Under the pieces are notes generated by a model. That model searched no databases. It was not told where the DNA came from and saw nothing but the letters and a program-made list of their open reading frames with translations. The translations under genes and the position numbers were made by a program. Shown in pieces: positions 20,142-30,241 of a stretch of 64,000 nucleotides of DNA (position 1 is its first letter; every line of letters starts with the position of its first letter). The DNA lies in assembly GCA_016932855.1 (NCBI GenBank), contig JAFGCB010000030.1, positions 475 to 64,474 of the forward strand, written 5' to 3'. The DNA is from Candidatus Omnitrophota bacterium. GTDB taxonomy: Bacteria; Omnitrophota; Gorgyraeia; Duberdicusellales; Duberdicusellaceae.

Positions 20142-20592
20142 GCTGGTTAATTAATTCGTATTCCGTCCTCTTATATCTAGCCTGGAAGCTAAAATCCTCA
20201 ATCTCTTCCATTAGGAAATCAACAAGCTGCTGACCTTTTTTACCGCGGACTCTGGCTAATCGTATTTCTTTGGATATAAAGTTTCTCAAGCTCTTGGAGG
20301 GGACTTTTTGCGACTGAATCAACACGGCGAGCTCTTTAAATATCGTTAGTTGGCCCTTAAATCCTATCTTTTCCCGAAGAAGATAACTTAGTATGGCGTA
20401 GACATCTTCCTTGTATATACCTGCCTCCAATAGGCTTACAATCGAAGGCTTAAGCAATTCAAATTCTTGACTGCTAAGCCGCTTGTTAGGAATAAGCTTA
20501 CCTTCAAACCAGGAAATCTGTTTTGAAAAATCGGAAGAATATACTGAAAAGACAAAAATAAAACATGCGAAAAGAAGACATATTCTTTTCAT
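20128..20592 (-). CDS. Hypothetical secreted protein
   Basis: N-terminal signal peptide (MKRICLLFACFIFVFSVYS). No recognised domain. Confidence 0.35.
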   Translation of the reverse strand: MKRICLLFACFIFVFSVYSSDFSKQISWFEGKLIPNKRLSSQEFELLKPSIVSLLEAGIYKEDVYAILSYLLREKIGFKGQLTIFKELAVLIQSQKVPSKSLRNFISKEIRLARVRGKKGQQLVDFLMEEIEDFSFQARYKRTEYELINQPTQK

Positions 20593-20597
20593 TATTC

Positions 20598-20634
20598 GAA
20601 AGACAGGCCTTGCGCCTGTCCGTTATATAATACT
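20598..20634 (-). repeat. F9 element: GACAGGCCTTGCGCCTGTC hairpin + GTTATATAAT
   Basis: A second copy lies in the opposite orientation at 46524-46555 (27/28 nt identical core). Confidence 0.5.
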
Positions 20635-20739
20635 TGATTTTGTAACGGGCCGACACAGGGGTCGGCCCCTGCAATATTTTCAATAATAATCATATTCTTT
20701 GTATGTATTCTGCTAAGACAAATGCAGGCTTAAAAAAAA

Positions 20740-20997
20740 TTATTCTTCTGTTAGCTTGTAGACTTTATCGTTGGGGTGGACTCTATCCTTAACTTTTATG
20801 CCCACCGCATCGCCGGCCTTAGCTTCCTGAATACTTTCGTGCTCTACCTGCATGGATTCCACAACCTGGGTAAAATCAGTGTGAGCCCCTTTTAGATGGA
20901 TAGTGTCACCTGCTTTTAGACTGTCGGTAAGTTCGATAATCCCCGCGGATACTTTACCGAAGTAATGGGTGATCTTTCCGATTTCTTTTTCCTGCAT
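20740..20997 (-). CDS. Small hypothetical protein (beta-barrel-like)
   Basis: 85-aa ORF with protein-like composition. Not confidently assigned. Confidence 0.35.
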   Translation of the reverse strand: MQEKEIGKITHYFGKVSAGIIELTDSLKAGDTIHLKGAHTDFTQVVESMQVEHESIQEAKAGDAVGIKVKDRVHPNDKVYKLTEE

Positions 20998-21038
20998 GGC
21001 CTATCTCCCTTTTTATGGCAACCTGAAACGCATCTTTT

Positions 21039-21114
21039 AGGGTATCGGGTATGGGGTATAGCGTATCGTCATCCTTATATTTTCCAATACCCGAAACCCG
21101 ACGCCCGACAACCT
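21039..21114. repeat. Tandem-unit palindrome: GGGTATC x4 ... GATACCC/GAAACCC units
   Basis: gggtatcgggtatggggtatagcgtatcg ... caatacccgaaacccgacgcccgaca. Confidence 0.6.
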
Positions 21115-21128
21115 ATAAATTAACCAAA

Positions 21129-22211
21129 TCAAGATTTTTTCACGTACTTATAAGTGCCTTCCTGATCAAGGTTAACTGCCGATATGGGGAAAGGAATTAC
21201 TATGCCTTCCTTAACGTAACGTTCATGAAGGCGCTTAATAAACTCGTGCTTTATTAGATAATTATCAACAAACTCCTTTGCCCTTAAAATAACAGTAAAA
21301 TCTATGCTGTAAGCATTAAAGGTGTGATAGCGGATAAACGGCTCGAATTCAGGCACTCCGCCCTGAACTTCCTTCATGACTTCTTTGCCCACTTCAATCG
21401 TTACAATCTCAACCTTCTTTAAATCAGATTCGTAGTGAACCCCGACCTGCACTAAGACCGCCAGTTCCTGCTCAGGGTAATAATAATTCAGAACCTTGGA
21501 ATTAACCAGCACCTTATTGGGTATAACTACCACATTATTAGGAAGCATCCTTATCCAGGTAGAGCGCCAGCCTATCTTTGTGACATAACCTTCCTCTCCT
21601 GAATCAAGCTTTACAAACTGACCTACCCGTATGGGCCGATCAATAACAATCTGAATTCCCGAGAAAAAATTCTCCAGGGTCGGCTGAAGAGCCAGGGCCA
21701 CTGCCAGAGAACCGATGCCTAAAGAAGCCAAAATAGGAGTAATCGATATACCGAAGCTATCAAGAAGTATAAGCAGCCCCAATCCGATTACCACAACCCT
21801 TACAATGCCCTGAGTCACTCCCCGGGAAGTCCGAAGTATATCTATTTTATGAGCATAAAACTCTATCAGATTCTTTAAAAGCCTGTCTAAAAATAAAATC
21901 ACCGCTATTATAGTAGTAGCTTTAAGACCGATAATAAAAATCCGGATAAGCTCGTTTTCTTCTCCCAAAGGCAGAATATTCCCTAAAATCGCACCGCCGC
22001 TAACGAATATTAAAAGGGTAAGGGGAAAATCCAAAGCGCCAACAAAGATATCGTCAAGCTTTGTCTTTGTCTTTGTGGCAATCCTTCGTATTTGTTTAAA
22101 TAAAAATGCTTTTACAAGCAAAAGGAGGCTTACCCAAATGAAATAAATTACCGGGGCAAGTATCCCTACCGAAATTTTAAATCCGAAAATAGCTACTTCT
22201 TTCATCTGCAT
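21129..22211 (-). CDS. Mechanosensitive ion channel, MscS family
   Basis: Multi-TM N-terminus and conserved MscS pore/beta domain (…GIQIVIDRPIRVGQFVKL…). Confidence 0.8.
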   Translation of the reverse strand: MQMKEVAIFGFKISVGILAPVIYFIWVSLLLLVKAFLFKQIRRIATKTKTKLDDIFVGALDFPLTLLIFVSGGAILGNILPLGEENELIRIFIIGLKATTIIAVILFLDRLLKNLIEFYAHKIDILRTSRGVTQGIVRVVVIGLGLLILLDSFGISITPILASLGIGSLAVALALQPTLENFFSGIQIVIDRPIRVGQFVKLDSGEEGYVTKIGWRSTWIRMLPNNVVVIPNKVLVNSKVLNYYYPEQELAVLVQVGVHYESDLKKVEIVTIEVGKEVMKEVQGGVPEFEPFIRYHTFNAYSIDFTVILRAKEFVDNYLIKHEFIKRLHERYVKEGIVIPFPISAVNLDQEGTYKYVKKS

Positions 22212-22339
22212 GCCTCCTTAATTTCAAGGGCTGAATTCGGTTATAAACTTGGCCTAGGCTCCGCATCCGTAAGCCTCGACCTCAACCGATTTTATCACAG
22301 CTAAAAAATATCAACAAGCCCAAATATATCCCTATTTTA

Positions 22340-23083
22340 TTAATAATACACCTTCCACAGATAAAGGCCGTAAGCCGGAGCCGGCTTTCCGATAAAAGAA
22401 CGGTCCTTTGAAAGAATAGCCTTCTTTGCCTGGCCTATATCGACTTTTCCCAAGCCTATATCTACCAAGAAGCTTACTATGTTGCGCGCCATTCCTCTTA
22501 AAAAACCATTAGCTTTAATATCAATGCATATAAAATCATTCTTCTTCCGGATGCTTATCTTTTTAATCTCCCTTATACAGCTCGAATATTCGGCTTTTTG
22601 AGCAAATGTGGACAGATTCTTCCTGCCCAGGAAATTGCGGGACGCTTTTCTCATCCGCGTTAGATTAATATACCTGGGAATCCACCAGGAGTAATTTCTC
22701 GAGAAAACATCCGGCTGTCCTTTATTAAGGATCATATACCGGTAAGTCTTTGATTTTGCTGAAAAGCGGGAATGGAAATCCGAAGAAACGAAAGAGATCT
22801 TCCTGATATAAATATCATTAGGCAAGTAAGAATTCAAGGCTCTTTTTATATTCTTCTTCTGTATACTGGTATCAATCTTGAAATTTGCGTATTGACAATT
22901 AGCATGCACTGCCTTATCGGTTCTTCCCGAAGAGACTATCCGCACTCTTTTCCTGAAAAGCCTCTTAATTGCTTTCTCCACCTCCTGCTGAACAGTCTTT
23001 AGCCTTCTTTTCTTCGGTTGAATTTGCCAACCGCGGTAATTGGCACCATCATATTGTAGCTGAATACAAATATTCTTAAGCAT
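22340..23083 (-). CDS. truA: tRNA pseudouridine(38-40) synthase
   Basis: LQYDGANYRGWQIQP N-terminus and RTDKAVHA catalytic Asp motif. Confidence 0.85.
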   Translation of the reverse strand: MLKNICIQLQYDGANYRGWQIQPKKRRLKTVQQEVEKAIKRLFRKRVRIVSSGRTDKAVHANCQYANFKIDTSIQKKNIKRALNSYLPNDIYIRKISFVSSDFHSRFSAKSKTYRYMILNKGQPDVFSRNYSWWIPRYINLTRMRKASRNFLGRKNLSTFAQKAEYSSCIREIKKISIRKKNDFICIDIKANGFLRGMARNIVSFLVDIGLGKVDIGQAKKAILSKDRSFIGKPAPAYGLYLWKVYY

Positions 23084-23172
23084 TTAGTAACCTTAGACTT
23101 TCCTGGTTAACACTGGTCGTTATCGCATTTATAAAACGGCGAGATGAAAAAGAAATCTATTCGCAATCTAGA

Positions 23173-24207
23173 TTATAAGACTAGAAGATTTTCGGCGATC
23201 TGAACAGCGTTTAGAGCCGCTCCCTTGCGAAGATTATCCGAAACGCACCAAAGCCAGAACGAACTCTTGTTAAATGAATCTCTACGAAGCCTGCCCACGA
23301 ATACTTCATCCTTACCTTCAGCCTCTAAAGGAAGAGCAAAACTCTGGCTATCTTCATAAAAAACCACTCCCTCTGATTCTTTTAAAGCTCTGCTTATATC
23401 TTCCAAAGAAGCGTCTTTTTTTGTTTTAAAATAAACCGCCTCGCAATGAGAAGTAAACACAGGCACTCTTACACAGGTAGAAGTAATCTTAATTGACGGA
23501 TCAGCGAATATCTTATGAGTCTCATCTACGGTCTTAAGCTCCTCGCTTGTGTAATTATCCCGGCTGAAGCCTCCGATCTTGGGGATAACGTTAAAGGCTA
23601 TCTGACCGGCGAAAATATCAGAATCTCCGGATGCATTTTTATCCAAAGCGTCTAAGTTCTTACCTCTATTAGCCTCGGCTATTTCACTTGTCTCGTCCCA
23701 TAACCTCTGGCTGGCTTTTTTTCCGGCTCCGGAGGTAGCCTGAAAGCTGGTAAGAATAATCTGCTCAAGCTTAAAACGCTTTTGTATCTGGGCTAAAGCC
23801 ACGACCATCTGAATAGTAGTGCAGTTAGGATTAGCGATTAAACCCTTATGGCCTCTTATGCTTTCTTTATTTACTTCGGGAACCACTAAAGGCACTTCAT
23901 CTTTTAATCTAAAATCAGCTCCGTTATCAATAACCACCGCTCCTCTTTTTATAGCTTCATCGGCGTAAGTAACCGCAGCTCCTTTTTCTCCTTCGGTGCC
24001 GGCAAAAAGGGCGATATCAATACCCTCAAACCCTTTAGGATCAATAGCCTGTATGCTATAGGTATCGCCGTCTATGTCCGTATCCCGGGCAGTTCTTGCA
24101 AATATAGAAAGCTTGGCAAAGGGAAATTTACGCTGCTTAAGACAGCGGATCATCTCCACTCCCACGGCTCCAATACCAACCACAACTACATTAGGTATTT
24201 TGTTCAT
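23173..24207 (-). CDS. asd: Aspartate-semialdehyde dehydrogenase
   Basis: NAD(P)-binding GxGxxG N-terminus, active-site Cys in the NPNCTT motif. 344 aa. Confidence 0.8.
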   Translation of the reverse strand: MNKIPNVVVVGIGAVGVEMIRCLKQRKFPFAKLSIFARTARDTDIDGDTYSIQAIDPKGFEGIDIALFAGTEGEKGAAVTYADEAIKRGAVVIDNGADFRLKDEVPLVVPEVNKESIRGHKGLIANPNCTTIQMVVALAQIQKRFKLEQIILTSFQATSGAGKKASQRLWDETSEIAEANRGKNLDALDKNASGDSDIFAGQIAFNVIPKIGGFSRDNYTSEELKTVDETHKIFADPSIKITSTCVRVPVFTSHCEAVYFKTKKDASLEDISRALKESEGVVFYEDSQSFALPLEAEGKDEVFVGRLRRDSFNKSSFWLWCVSDNLRKGAALNAVQIAENLLVL

Positions 24208-24211
24208 AACT

Positions 24212-25273
24212 CTATCCTATAGCCGCCGCCACTAAATCTCCTACCTGACTTGTAGAATAACCCATTTTTCCGGCTGAAAGACTCTTTAATTTTTCTTTTA
24301 CCACCTTTATAACTGCCTGTTCGACCTTCCTGGCGGCTTCATCCTGACCTATAAATTCAAGAAGCATCGAAAGAGCGCAAATAGCAGCCAAGGGATTTAT
24401 TACGTCTTTGCCTGTATATTTAGGAGCGCTTCCTCCGATAGGTTCAAACATGCCCACGCCCCGAGGGTTGATGTTGCCGCCAGCGGCTATACCCATGCCG
24501 CCCTGCACCATGGCTCCCAGATCAGTAATAATATCTCCGAACATGTTATCGGTGACAATAACGTCGAACCATTCGGGATTTTTAACCATCCACATACAAG
24601 TAGCGTCAACGTGAGCGTAATCAGTCTTTATGTCAGGATAATCCTTTGACACCTTATGAAAAGTCCTTTCCCACAAATCAAAGGCATAAGTGAGAACATT
24701 GGTTTTGCCGCAAAGGGTGACCTGTTTTTTCTGATTCCTTTTTTTCGCGTATTCAAAAGCAAAGCGTATAGTCCGCTCAACGCCTTTATAGGTATTGATG
24801 CTCTCCTGAATTGCCACCTCAAAAGCAGTATCTTTCCTCAAAAAACCGCCCGCCCCGCAATAAAGGCCTTCGGTATTTTCCCTTACTACCACAAAATCAA
24901 CGTCTTTTTCTTCTTTGTCCCTCAAAGGACAGAAGCGTTTATCGTAAAGCTTTACCGGCCTTAAGTTTATATACTGATCCAGCTCAAACCGCAGCCTTAG
25001 CAGTATACCCTTCTCCAAAATTCCCGGCTTTACCCTGGGATCACCGATAGCGCCTAGATAAATAGCGTCAAAAGTTTTAAGCTCCTCTACCGCGCCTTCA
25101 GGAAGCACTTCTTCTGTCTTAAGAAATCTCTCACCGCCGAAATCAAATCCTTTAGTCTCGTATTTAAAATTAAACTTTGACCCAGCGGCTCTTAAAACCT
25201 TAAGACCTTCATTTACAACCTCAGGGCCTGTACCGTCACCGGGGATAACCGCAATTTTGTAAGTTTTGGACAT
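24212..25273 (-). CDS. leuB: 3-isopropylmalate dehydrogenase
   Basis: [15 protein letters not shown]-terminus and isocitrate/isopropylmalate dehydrogenase family motifs. Confidence 0.9.
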   Translation of the reverse strand: MSKTYKIAVIPGDGTGPEVVNEGLKVLRAAGSKFNFKYETKGFDFGGERFLKTEEVLPEGAVEELKTFDAIYLGAIGDPRVKPGILEKGILLRLRFELDQYINLRPVKLYDKRFCPLRDKEEKDVDFVVVRENTEGLYCGAGGFLRKDTAFEVAIQESINTYKGVERTIRFAFEYAKKRNQKKQVTLCGKTNVLTYAFDLWERTFHKVSKDYPDIKTDYAHVDATCMWMVKNPEWFDVIVTDNMFGDIITDLGAMVQGGMGIAAGGNINPRGVGMFEPIGGSAPKYTGKDVINPLAAICALSMLLEFIGQDEAARKVEQAVIKVVKEKLKSLSAGKMGYSTSQVGDLVAAAIG

Positions 25274-25374
25274 ATCGTGCTCTCTCTTTCTTAAGACCTT
25301 AAGTCCCTATCAGGACTCGAGGTAAATGAGATCCAGACTTACATTCGCTAAAGCTCCACAAGCCTAGACCTCAT

Positions 25375-25749
25375 TTACATTTCTGCTATCCAGGAAATTC
25401 TCTCCTTATTAACAGCCAGGAAATCTTTATCTTCCAAGAACTCACCCTGCCAATCATAGACCTTTGAATCGGTAATAGCCACAAATCTAAAACGGCGGGC
25501 ATTAAGAAAATCCGAAGGGCGCTGACCCTCGGGAACAGAAATAAATCCTTCTATTCTGTAACCGGGCATGGATATAGCGACTTTTACTCTTTTTATCGGC
25601 TTTCTCAATTTATTACCCCTTTCTTCAATGAGCGCACAACTTATGGAATCCAAAGGATAACATAAGTTGTATGCGCGAACTGAATCCCGCACCTTTATCT
25701 TATTCATAATGAATAGTTCAAAGGTGCGGAACAAAACTTGGCCATGCAA
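25375..25749 (-). CDS. Hypothetical protein inserted between leuD and leuB
   Basis: The ORF as listed begins with TTG. A more plausible ATG lies at 25707 (MNKIKV…, ~110 aa). No recognised domain. Confidence 0.3.
   Translation of the reverse strand: MHGQVLFRTFELFIMNKIKVRDSVRAYNLCYPLDSISCALIEERGNKLRKPIKRVKVAISMPGYRIEGFISVPEGQRPSDFLNARRFRFVAITDSKVYDWQGEFLEDKDFLAVNKERISWIAEM
25686..25729. repeat. F3 long hairpin copy 2 (CCCGCACCTTT-N23-AAAGGTGCGG)
   Basis: 10-bp stem. The loop contains the palindrome TATTCATAATGAATA. The stem and the CTATTCAT loop motif are shared with copy 1 at 9249-9302. Confidence 0.6.
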
Positions 25750-25750
25750 C

Positions 25751-26263
25751 TTACCTCATTTTATTCCGTAAGTTGCGACCTCGTTTCGTCCAATTAATCA
25801 ACCCTCCCGAAGTAATAATCCGGCGTAAAAACCCGGGAAATTTCTCGGAGTTAATAATCCTGTTTTTACCTAATATTTTAATCTCTCCTTTAGATAAATC
25901 AACCTCTAAATAATCGCCCTCTTTTATAGTGCGAGCCAGGCTGCATTCCAAAATAGGCAACCCTATATTTATGCTGTTTCTATAAAAAATACGGGCAAAA
26001 CTCTCGGCAATAACTAAACGCACCCCTGCGCCTTTAATCGCTACCGGAGCGTGCTCTCTTGAAGAACCGCATCCGAAATTCCTGCCACCGACTATTATAT
26101 CACCTGGCTTTAGCCGCCTAAAGAAATTAGGATCAATGTTCTCCATGCATTTTGAGCCTAAAAACTTAGCGTCCTGGGAATCCAAGTATTTAGCCGCGAT
26201 AATATCGTCGGTATTAATGTTATTACCGAACTTGTGAACTTTGCCTTTGATAATCATTCTCAC
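25751..26263 (-). CDS. leuD: 3-isopropylmalate dehydratase small subunit
   Basis: 170-aa aconitase swivel domain, adjacent to leuC. Confidence 0.9.
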   Translation of the reverse strand: MRMIIKGKVHKFGNNINTDDIIAAKYLDSQDAKFLGSKCMENIDPNFFRRLKPGDIIVGGRNFGCGSSREHAPVAIKGAGVRLVIAESFARIFYRNSINIGLPILECSLARTIKEGDYLEVDLSKGEIKILGKNRIINSEKFPGFLRRIITSGGLINWTKRGRNLRNKMR

Positions 26264-26273
26264 TCCATCTGAC

Positions 26274-26393
26274 TGGTTACTATTGGTTACTATAAGTTAC
26301 TAGGGATTACTATTAGTTAGAGTAAGAATTTCTGCAACCATTAGTAACCGTTATTAACCATTAGTAACTTTTAGTAACCGTATTTTAGGTTAC
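26274..26393. repeat. F2 array copy 1: GGTTACTAT direct repeats x5, spacer, TAGTAACC inverted repeats x4
   Basis: ggttactattggttactataagttactagggattactattagttag ... aaccattagtaaccgttattaaccattagtaacttttagtaaccgtattttaggttac. Lies between leuC stop and leuD start. Confidence 0.7.
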
Positions 26394-27671
26394 TTCTGCC
26401 GGATGAGTAATTCGCCCTTTTATGGCGCTTGCGGCAGCCACTGCTACCGAACTTAAGTAAACAAAGCTTTCGGGACTTCCCATCCTTCCGATAAAGTTTC
26501 TATTGGTTGTGGCTAGGGCTGTCTCGCCTTTTCCTAAAATGCCGGTATGGCCTCCTAAACAGGGACCACAGGTCGCCGGACTTACTATGCAACCCGCTTT
26601 TATAAAAACATCTATCAAGCCCTCTTTTAGAGCCTGCTTGTATATATTCGGGGTTGCCGGAATAACAATACTTCTTAGAGTTGAAGGTATTTTCTTTTTC
26701 CTTAATATCTTAGCGGCAATTCTTAAATCAGACAAACGGCCGTTTGTGCAAGAGCCGATAACTACCTGGCTTAATTTTACGCTTTTAAGCGAACTTGCCG
26801 GCTTTATATTGCTCGGCAGATGAGGACAGGCTACCTGAGGCTCAAGCTTAGAGATATCCCATTCATATATTCTTTCAAAAGACGCGTCTTTATCGCCTTT
26901 ATATTCGTTACGCGGTACGCGGTACGCAGTACGCGGTACTTTCTTGTTTTTTAAAGCCCTCTTTACATAGTCAAAAGTAATATCATCGGGCTCAATGATG
27001 CCGGTCTTTGCGCCGGCTTCAACAGCCATGTTACATATAGTAAATCTTGCGTCAATTCCCAAATTCCTAATAACCGGACCGGAAAACTGCATAACTTTAT
27101 ACAAAGCTCCGTCTACTCCGATATTGCCGATTGTGTAAAGAATTAAATCTTTTGCCTCCAGCCAGCGAGGGATCTTGCCTTTATATATAAACTTTAAAGT
27201 TTTGGGAACCCTAAACCAACACCTTCCGCTTGCCATACAAGCCGCTAAATCAGTGGAACCCACACCAAAAGAAGCAGCCCCCAAAGCGCCGTAAGTGCAA
27301 GTATGCGAATCAGCCCCGGTTATCAAATCAAAAGGCTTTATAAAACCCTGCTCGGGCAGAAAGACATGCTCTATGCCGCAGTTATTGATGTCAAAAAAAT
27401 TCTTAATCCTGAATTTAGCGGAAAATTCTCTTAAAAAAGAGACATTGTTTGCCGATTTAAAATCCCTGGCCGGGGTAAAATGATCGCAGACAAAGGCTAT
27501 TCGCCGGGGATTAAATACTTTATTTCTTCCGATTTTATAGAACTGCTTGACTGCCAAGGGACCGGTGATATCATTGGCAAAAGCAAAATCAACCTTTGCG
27601 TATACAAAGTCCTCCAGCTTCTTCTTGGACGAATGCTTAACTAATATCTTTTCAACCAATGTAAGTCCCAT
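26385..27671 (-). CDS. leuC: 3-isopropylmalate dehydratase large subunit
   Basis: 428-aa aconitase-family protein with Fe-S cysteine ligands. Contains an apparently inserted repeat-encoded segment (see findings). Confidence 0.9.
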   Translation of the reverse strand: MGLTLVEKILVKHSSKKKLEDFVYAKVDFAFANDITGPLAVKQFYKIGRNKVFNPRRIAFVCDHFTPARDFKSANNVSFLREFSAKFRIKNFFDINNCGIEHVFLPEQGFIKPFDLITGADSHTCTYGALGAASFGVGSTDLAACMASGRCWFRVPKTLKFIYKGKIPRWLEAKDLILYTIGNIGVDGALYKVMQFSGPVIRNLGIDARFTICNMAVEAGAKTGIIEPDDITFDYVKRALKNKKVPRTAYRVPRNEYKGDKDASFERIYEWDISKLEPQVACPHLPSNIKPASSLKSVKLSQVVIGSCTNGRLSDLRIAAKILRKKKIPSTLRSIVIPATPNIYKQALKEGLIDVFIKAGCIVSPATCGPCLGGHTGILGKGETALATTNRNFIGRMGSPESFVYLSSVAVAAASAIKGRITHPAEVT

Positions 27672-27696
27672 AATATTCTTAATTTAATATAACGTT

Positions 27697-27834
27697 TGTT
27701 TCGGGTGTAGGGTTTCGGCCCTCCTGCGCTAAAGCTTCGGAGGACTGTCCGCCGAAGTCTTGACGAAGGCGGGGTGCGGGGTGTCGGAAGACTAACGATA
27801 CCCGATACCCGATGCGCGATGCCCGAAAGCATGC
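27697..27834 (+). repeat. F1 ~135-bp GC-rich repeat element, copy A
   Basis: gggtgtagggtttcgg + core ccctcctgcgctaaagcttcggaggactgtccgccgaagtcttgacgaaggcgggg + gatacccgatacccgatgcgcgatgcccg. ~90% identical to the reverse complement of 37420-37556. Confidence 0.75.
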
Positions 27835-27850
27835 ACAACACTTAATTATA

Positions 27851-29092
27851 TCAACCTCTAAATTTCTTAAGCGCGAGGGTTATATTATGGCCGCCGAAAC
27901 CTAAAGAATTGGTAAGAACAAATTCAAGCGGCATCTCTTTCAATTTATTAGGAGTGTAATCCAGGTCACACTCAGGGTCAGGCTCCTCCAGATTAATGGT
28001 GGGAAAAACTATACTGTTCTGTATCATAAAACAGCACATTACAAATTCGGCTGAACCTGCCGCGCCTAGCATGTGACCGGTCATAGACTTGGTAGAACTT
28101 ATGGAAACCTTCTTGGCGTGTCGGCCTAAAGCCAATTTTATGGCTTTAGTTTCTGTCTTGTCATTTAAAAAAGTTGATGTACCGTGAGCATTTATGTAAT
28201 CTACCTCATCGGCAGCCATTTTCGCCTCGGCTAAAGCAAACTCCATAGCTTTGGCTGCCGGCTCGCCGCTGGGCTCGGGAGCTGTAATATGGTAAGCATC
28301 GCAGGTCTTTCCTGCGCCTACGATCTCCGCATAAATATTAGCTCCTCTTTTTCTGGCGTGCTCAAGCTCCTCAAGCACAACAATACCTACGCCTTCAGCG
28401 ATTACAAAACCGTCTCTATTCTTATCAAAAGGCCGGCTGGCCTTCTTCGGATCGTCATTGCGGGTAGAAAGAGCTTTAAGAGCGCAAAAGCCGCCTACGC
28501 CCATATAAGTTATACAGGACTCGGTCCCTCCGGAGATTATAATATCGGCCTCATTATATTTAATAGACCTAAAGGCATCAGCTATGGCATGAGATCCGGA
28601 AGCGCAGGCCGTGACCGTACATAGATTTACGCCCCTGCATCCAAAATGAATAGCAACCTGACCCGCTGCTTCATTGGTAATCAAACGAGGGATCATAAAC
28701 GGTGAAAGACGCGAAGGGCCTCTGTCTAGAAAAAGCTTGTACTGCTCTTCAACAGCGTAAAGACTACCGATGCCGGAACCTATTACTACACCTACGCGGT
28801 AAGGATTCTGACTGCTTAAATCCAAACCGCTTTCTGAAACCGCCTCCTTGCTTGCAGCCATGGCAATCTGGACAAACCTGTCTACTCTGCGTAAATCTTT
28901 CTTGAGAAAGTGAAGCTCGGGGTTAAAATCCTTTATTTCGCCGGCGATTCGGGAAATAAACTGGCGGGCATCAAACTGGGTAATTTTATCTATACCGTTC
29001 TGACCTTGAGCTAAGGCTTTAAAGTTCTCTTCCTTGTTTAATCCCAGACAAGAGATTAGACCACAACCTGTTACTACTACCCTTCTTGTCAT
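27851..29092 (-). CDS. fabF: 3-oxoacyl-ACP synthase II
   Basis: 413-aa KAS II with active-site Cys (CASGSHA) and His-His dyad. Confidence 0.9.
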   Translation of the reverse strand: MTRRVVVTGCGLISCLGLNKEENFKALAQGQNGIDKITQFDARQFISRIAGEIKDFNPELHFLKKDLRRVDRFVQIAMAASKEAVSESGLDLSSQNPYRVGVVIGSGIGSLYAVEEQYKLFLDRGPSRLSPFMIPRLITNEAAGQVAIHFGCRGVNLCTVTACASGSHAIADAFRSIKYNEADIIISGGTESCITYMGVGGFCALKALSTRNDDPKKASRPFDKNRDGFVIAEGVGIVVLEELEHARKRGANIYAEIVGAGKTCDAYHITAPEPSGEPAAKAMEFALAEAKMAADEVDYINAHGTSTFLNDKTETKAIKLALGRHAKKVSISSTKSMTGHMLGAAGSAEFVMCCFMIQNSIVFPTINLEEPDPECDLDYTPNKLKEMPLEFVLTNSLGFGGHNITLALKKFRG

Positions 29093-29101
29093 TTAAAAGA
29101 G

Positions 29102-29347
29102 CTATTCGGTTTTGCCTTTTACTTTCTCGTCAATATATTTTATGGCTTCCCCAACAGTGCCCATCTTTTCGGCATCCTCATCGGGGATTTCGATTCCGAA
29201 TTCTTCCTCCAAGGCCATAACTAATTCCACTGTATCCAAAGAGTCCGCGCCTAAATCATCGACAAAAGAACTTTCCGGTTTAATCTCTTCTGACTTTACT
29301 CCCAGCTGCTCAGCAATGATTGATTTTACTTTCTCTTCAACTGCCAT
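29102..29347 (-). CDS. acpP: Acyl carrier protein
   Basis: [21 protein letters not shown] phosphopantetheine-attachment motif. The true start is MAVEEK at 29347; the ORF track extends further 5'. Confidence 0.9.
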   Translation of the reverse strand: MAVEEKVKSIIAEQLGVKSEEIKPESSFVDDLGADSLDTVELVMALEEEFGIEIPDEDAEKMGTVGEAIKYIDEKVKGKTE

Positions 29348-29423
29348 ACTTACCTCCTCCTTTGCTCTTTTTCTACATCTCCTGCGAGACGTAAGGACAC
29401 ACAAAAGGACTGTATTTAAAAAT

Positions 29424-30158
29424 TTATGTCATTCCGCCGTCAACTACAATTACCTTACCGGTAATATAATCAGCGGCGCTTGAAGCTAAAAATAGTACTG
29501 CGCCTGATACATCTTTGGCCTCCCCGAAGCGACGAGCCGGAATAATATCAAGCATCTTGCTCTTTACATCCTCGGGAATCTTATCAGTCATGGCTGTCCT
29601 GATGTAACCGGGAGCTACTGCGTTTACGCAAATACCCCTGGAAGCCACTTCTTTTGCCAAAGACTTAGTAAATCCGATTATCGCAGCCTTGGACGAGCCG
29701 TAATTAGTCTGGCCGGGGTTGCCCATAAGGGCAATCACCGACGAAATACTTATTATCTTGCCCGAACGGCTCTTAACCATATATTTTAAGGCCGCTTTAG
29801 AACAGTTAAAAACGCTTTTCAAATTAACGGCAATAACCTTATCCCAGTCTTCTTCTTTAAGCCTCAATAAGAGGCTATCGCGGGTTATCCCCGCATTGTT
29901 AACTAATATATCAATCTTTCCATACTTGTCAATAATTTTATCTAGGGCCTGTCCTACCTTGGAATAGATCGAAGCATCAACGACAAAACTGCTTACCTTG
30001 GAATAGGCGGACAATTCTTTCTCTGCCAGGCTTAAAGCCTCGGCCGTAATATCCAACATGCAGACAATAGCGCCTTTTTGGGCGAAATCAAGAGCTATTT
30101 GTTTTCCTATTCCCTGAGCTGCCCCTGTAATTACTACTACTTTATCTTTAAAGCCCAT
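29424..30158 (-). CDS. fabG: 3-oxoacyl-ACP reductase
   Basis: SDR family TGAAQGIG cofactor motif and YxxxK catalytic motif. Confidence 0.9.
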   Translation of the reverse strand: MGFKDKVVVITGAAQGIGKQIALDFAQKGAIVCMLDITAEALSLAEKELSAYSKVSSFVVDASIYSKVGQALDKIIDKYGKIDILVNNAGITRDSLLLRLKEEDWDKVIAVNLKSVFNCSKAALKYMVKSRSGKIISISSVIALMGNPGQTNYGSSKAAIIGFTKSLAKEVASRGICVNAVAPGYIRTAMTDKIPEDVKSKMLDIIPARRFGEAKDVSGAVLFLASSAADYITGKVIVVDGGMT

Positions 30159-30241
30159 TCTTTCCTCCTTAATTCCTTAAAGCACAGAAAAAGAAGTTTT
30201 TTCTCTATACCCTCATCACTTAATGCCTGGTAGGACTAAAA

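Noticed and set aside
20598-20634. TATAAT box with upstream TTGCGC considered as a sigma-70 promoter for the 154-aa secreted-protein gene.
   Set aside because: Spacing between the TTGCGC and TATAAT is only 10 nt, and no acceptable -35 at 16-18 nt. Kept only as a repeat element.
26274-26393. Short tandem repeats (here and at 5763, 17312, 31197, 38979) considered as CRISPR arrays.
   Set aside because: The units are 7-11 bp and directly adjacent, with no spacers. There is no leader or cas genes, and each array is followed by inverted units. This is incompatible with CRISPR repeat-spacer structure (repeats 23-48 bp, spacers 26-72 bp).
27641-27841. ORFs 27641-27841 (-) and 37465-37653 (+) encode peptides sharing PPSSRLRR(T/A)(V/A)LRSFSAGGPKP, suggesting a small conserved protein.
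   Set aside because: The shared peptide is simply the translation of the F1 nucleotide repeat in its two orientations. The ORFs overlap the leuC leader and the recG 5' region, and have no RBS or coding signature beyond the repeat. They are most likely non-coding.
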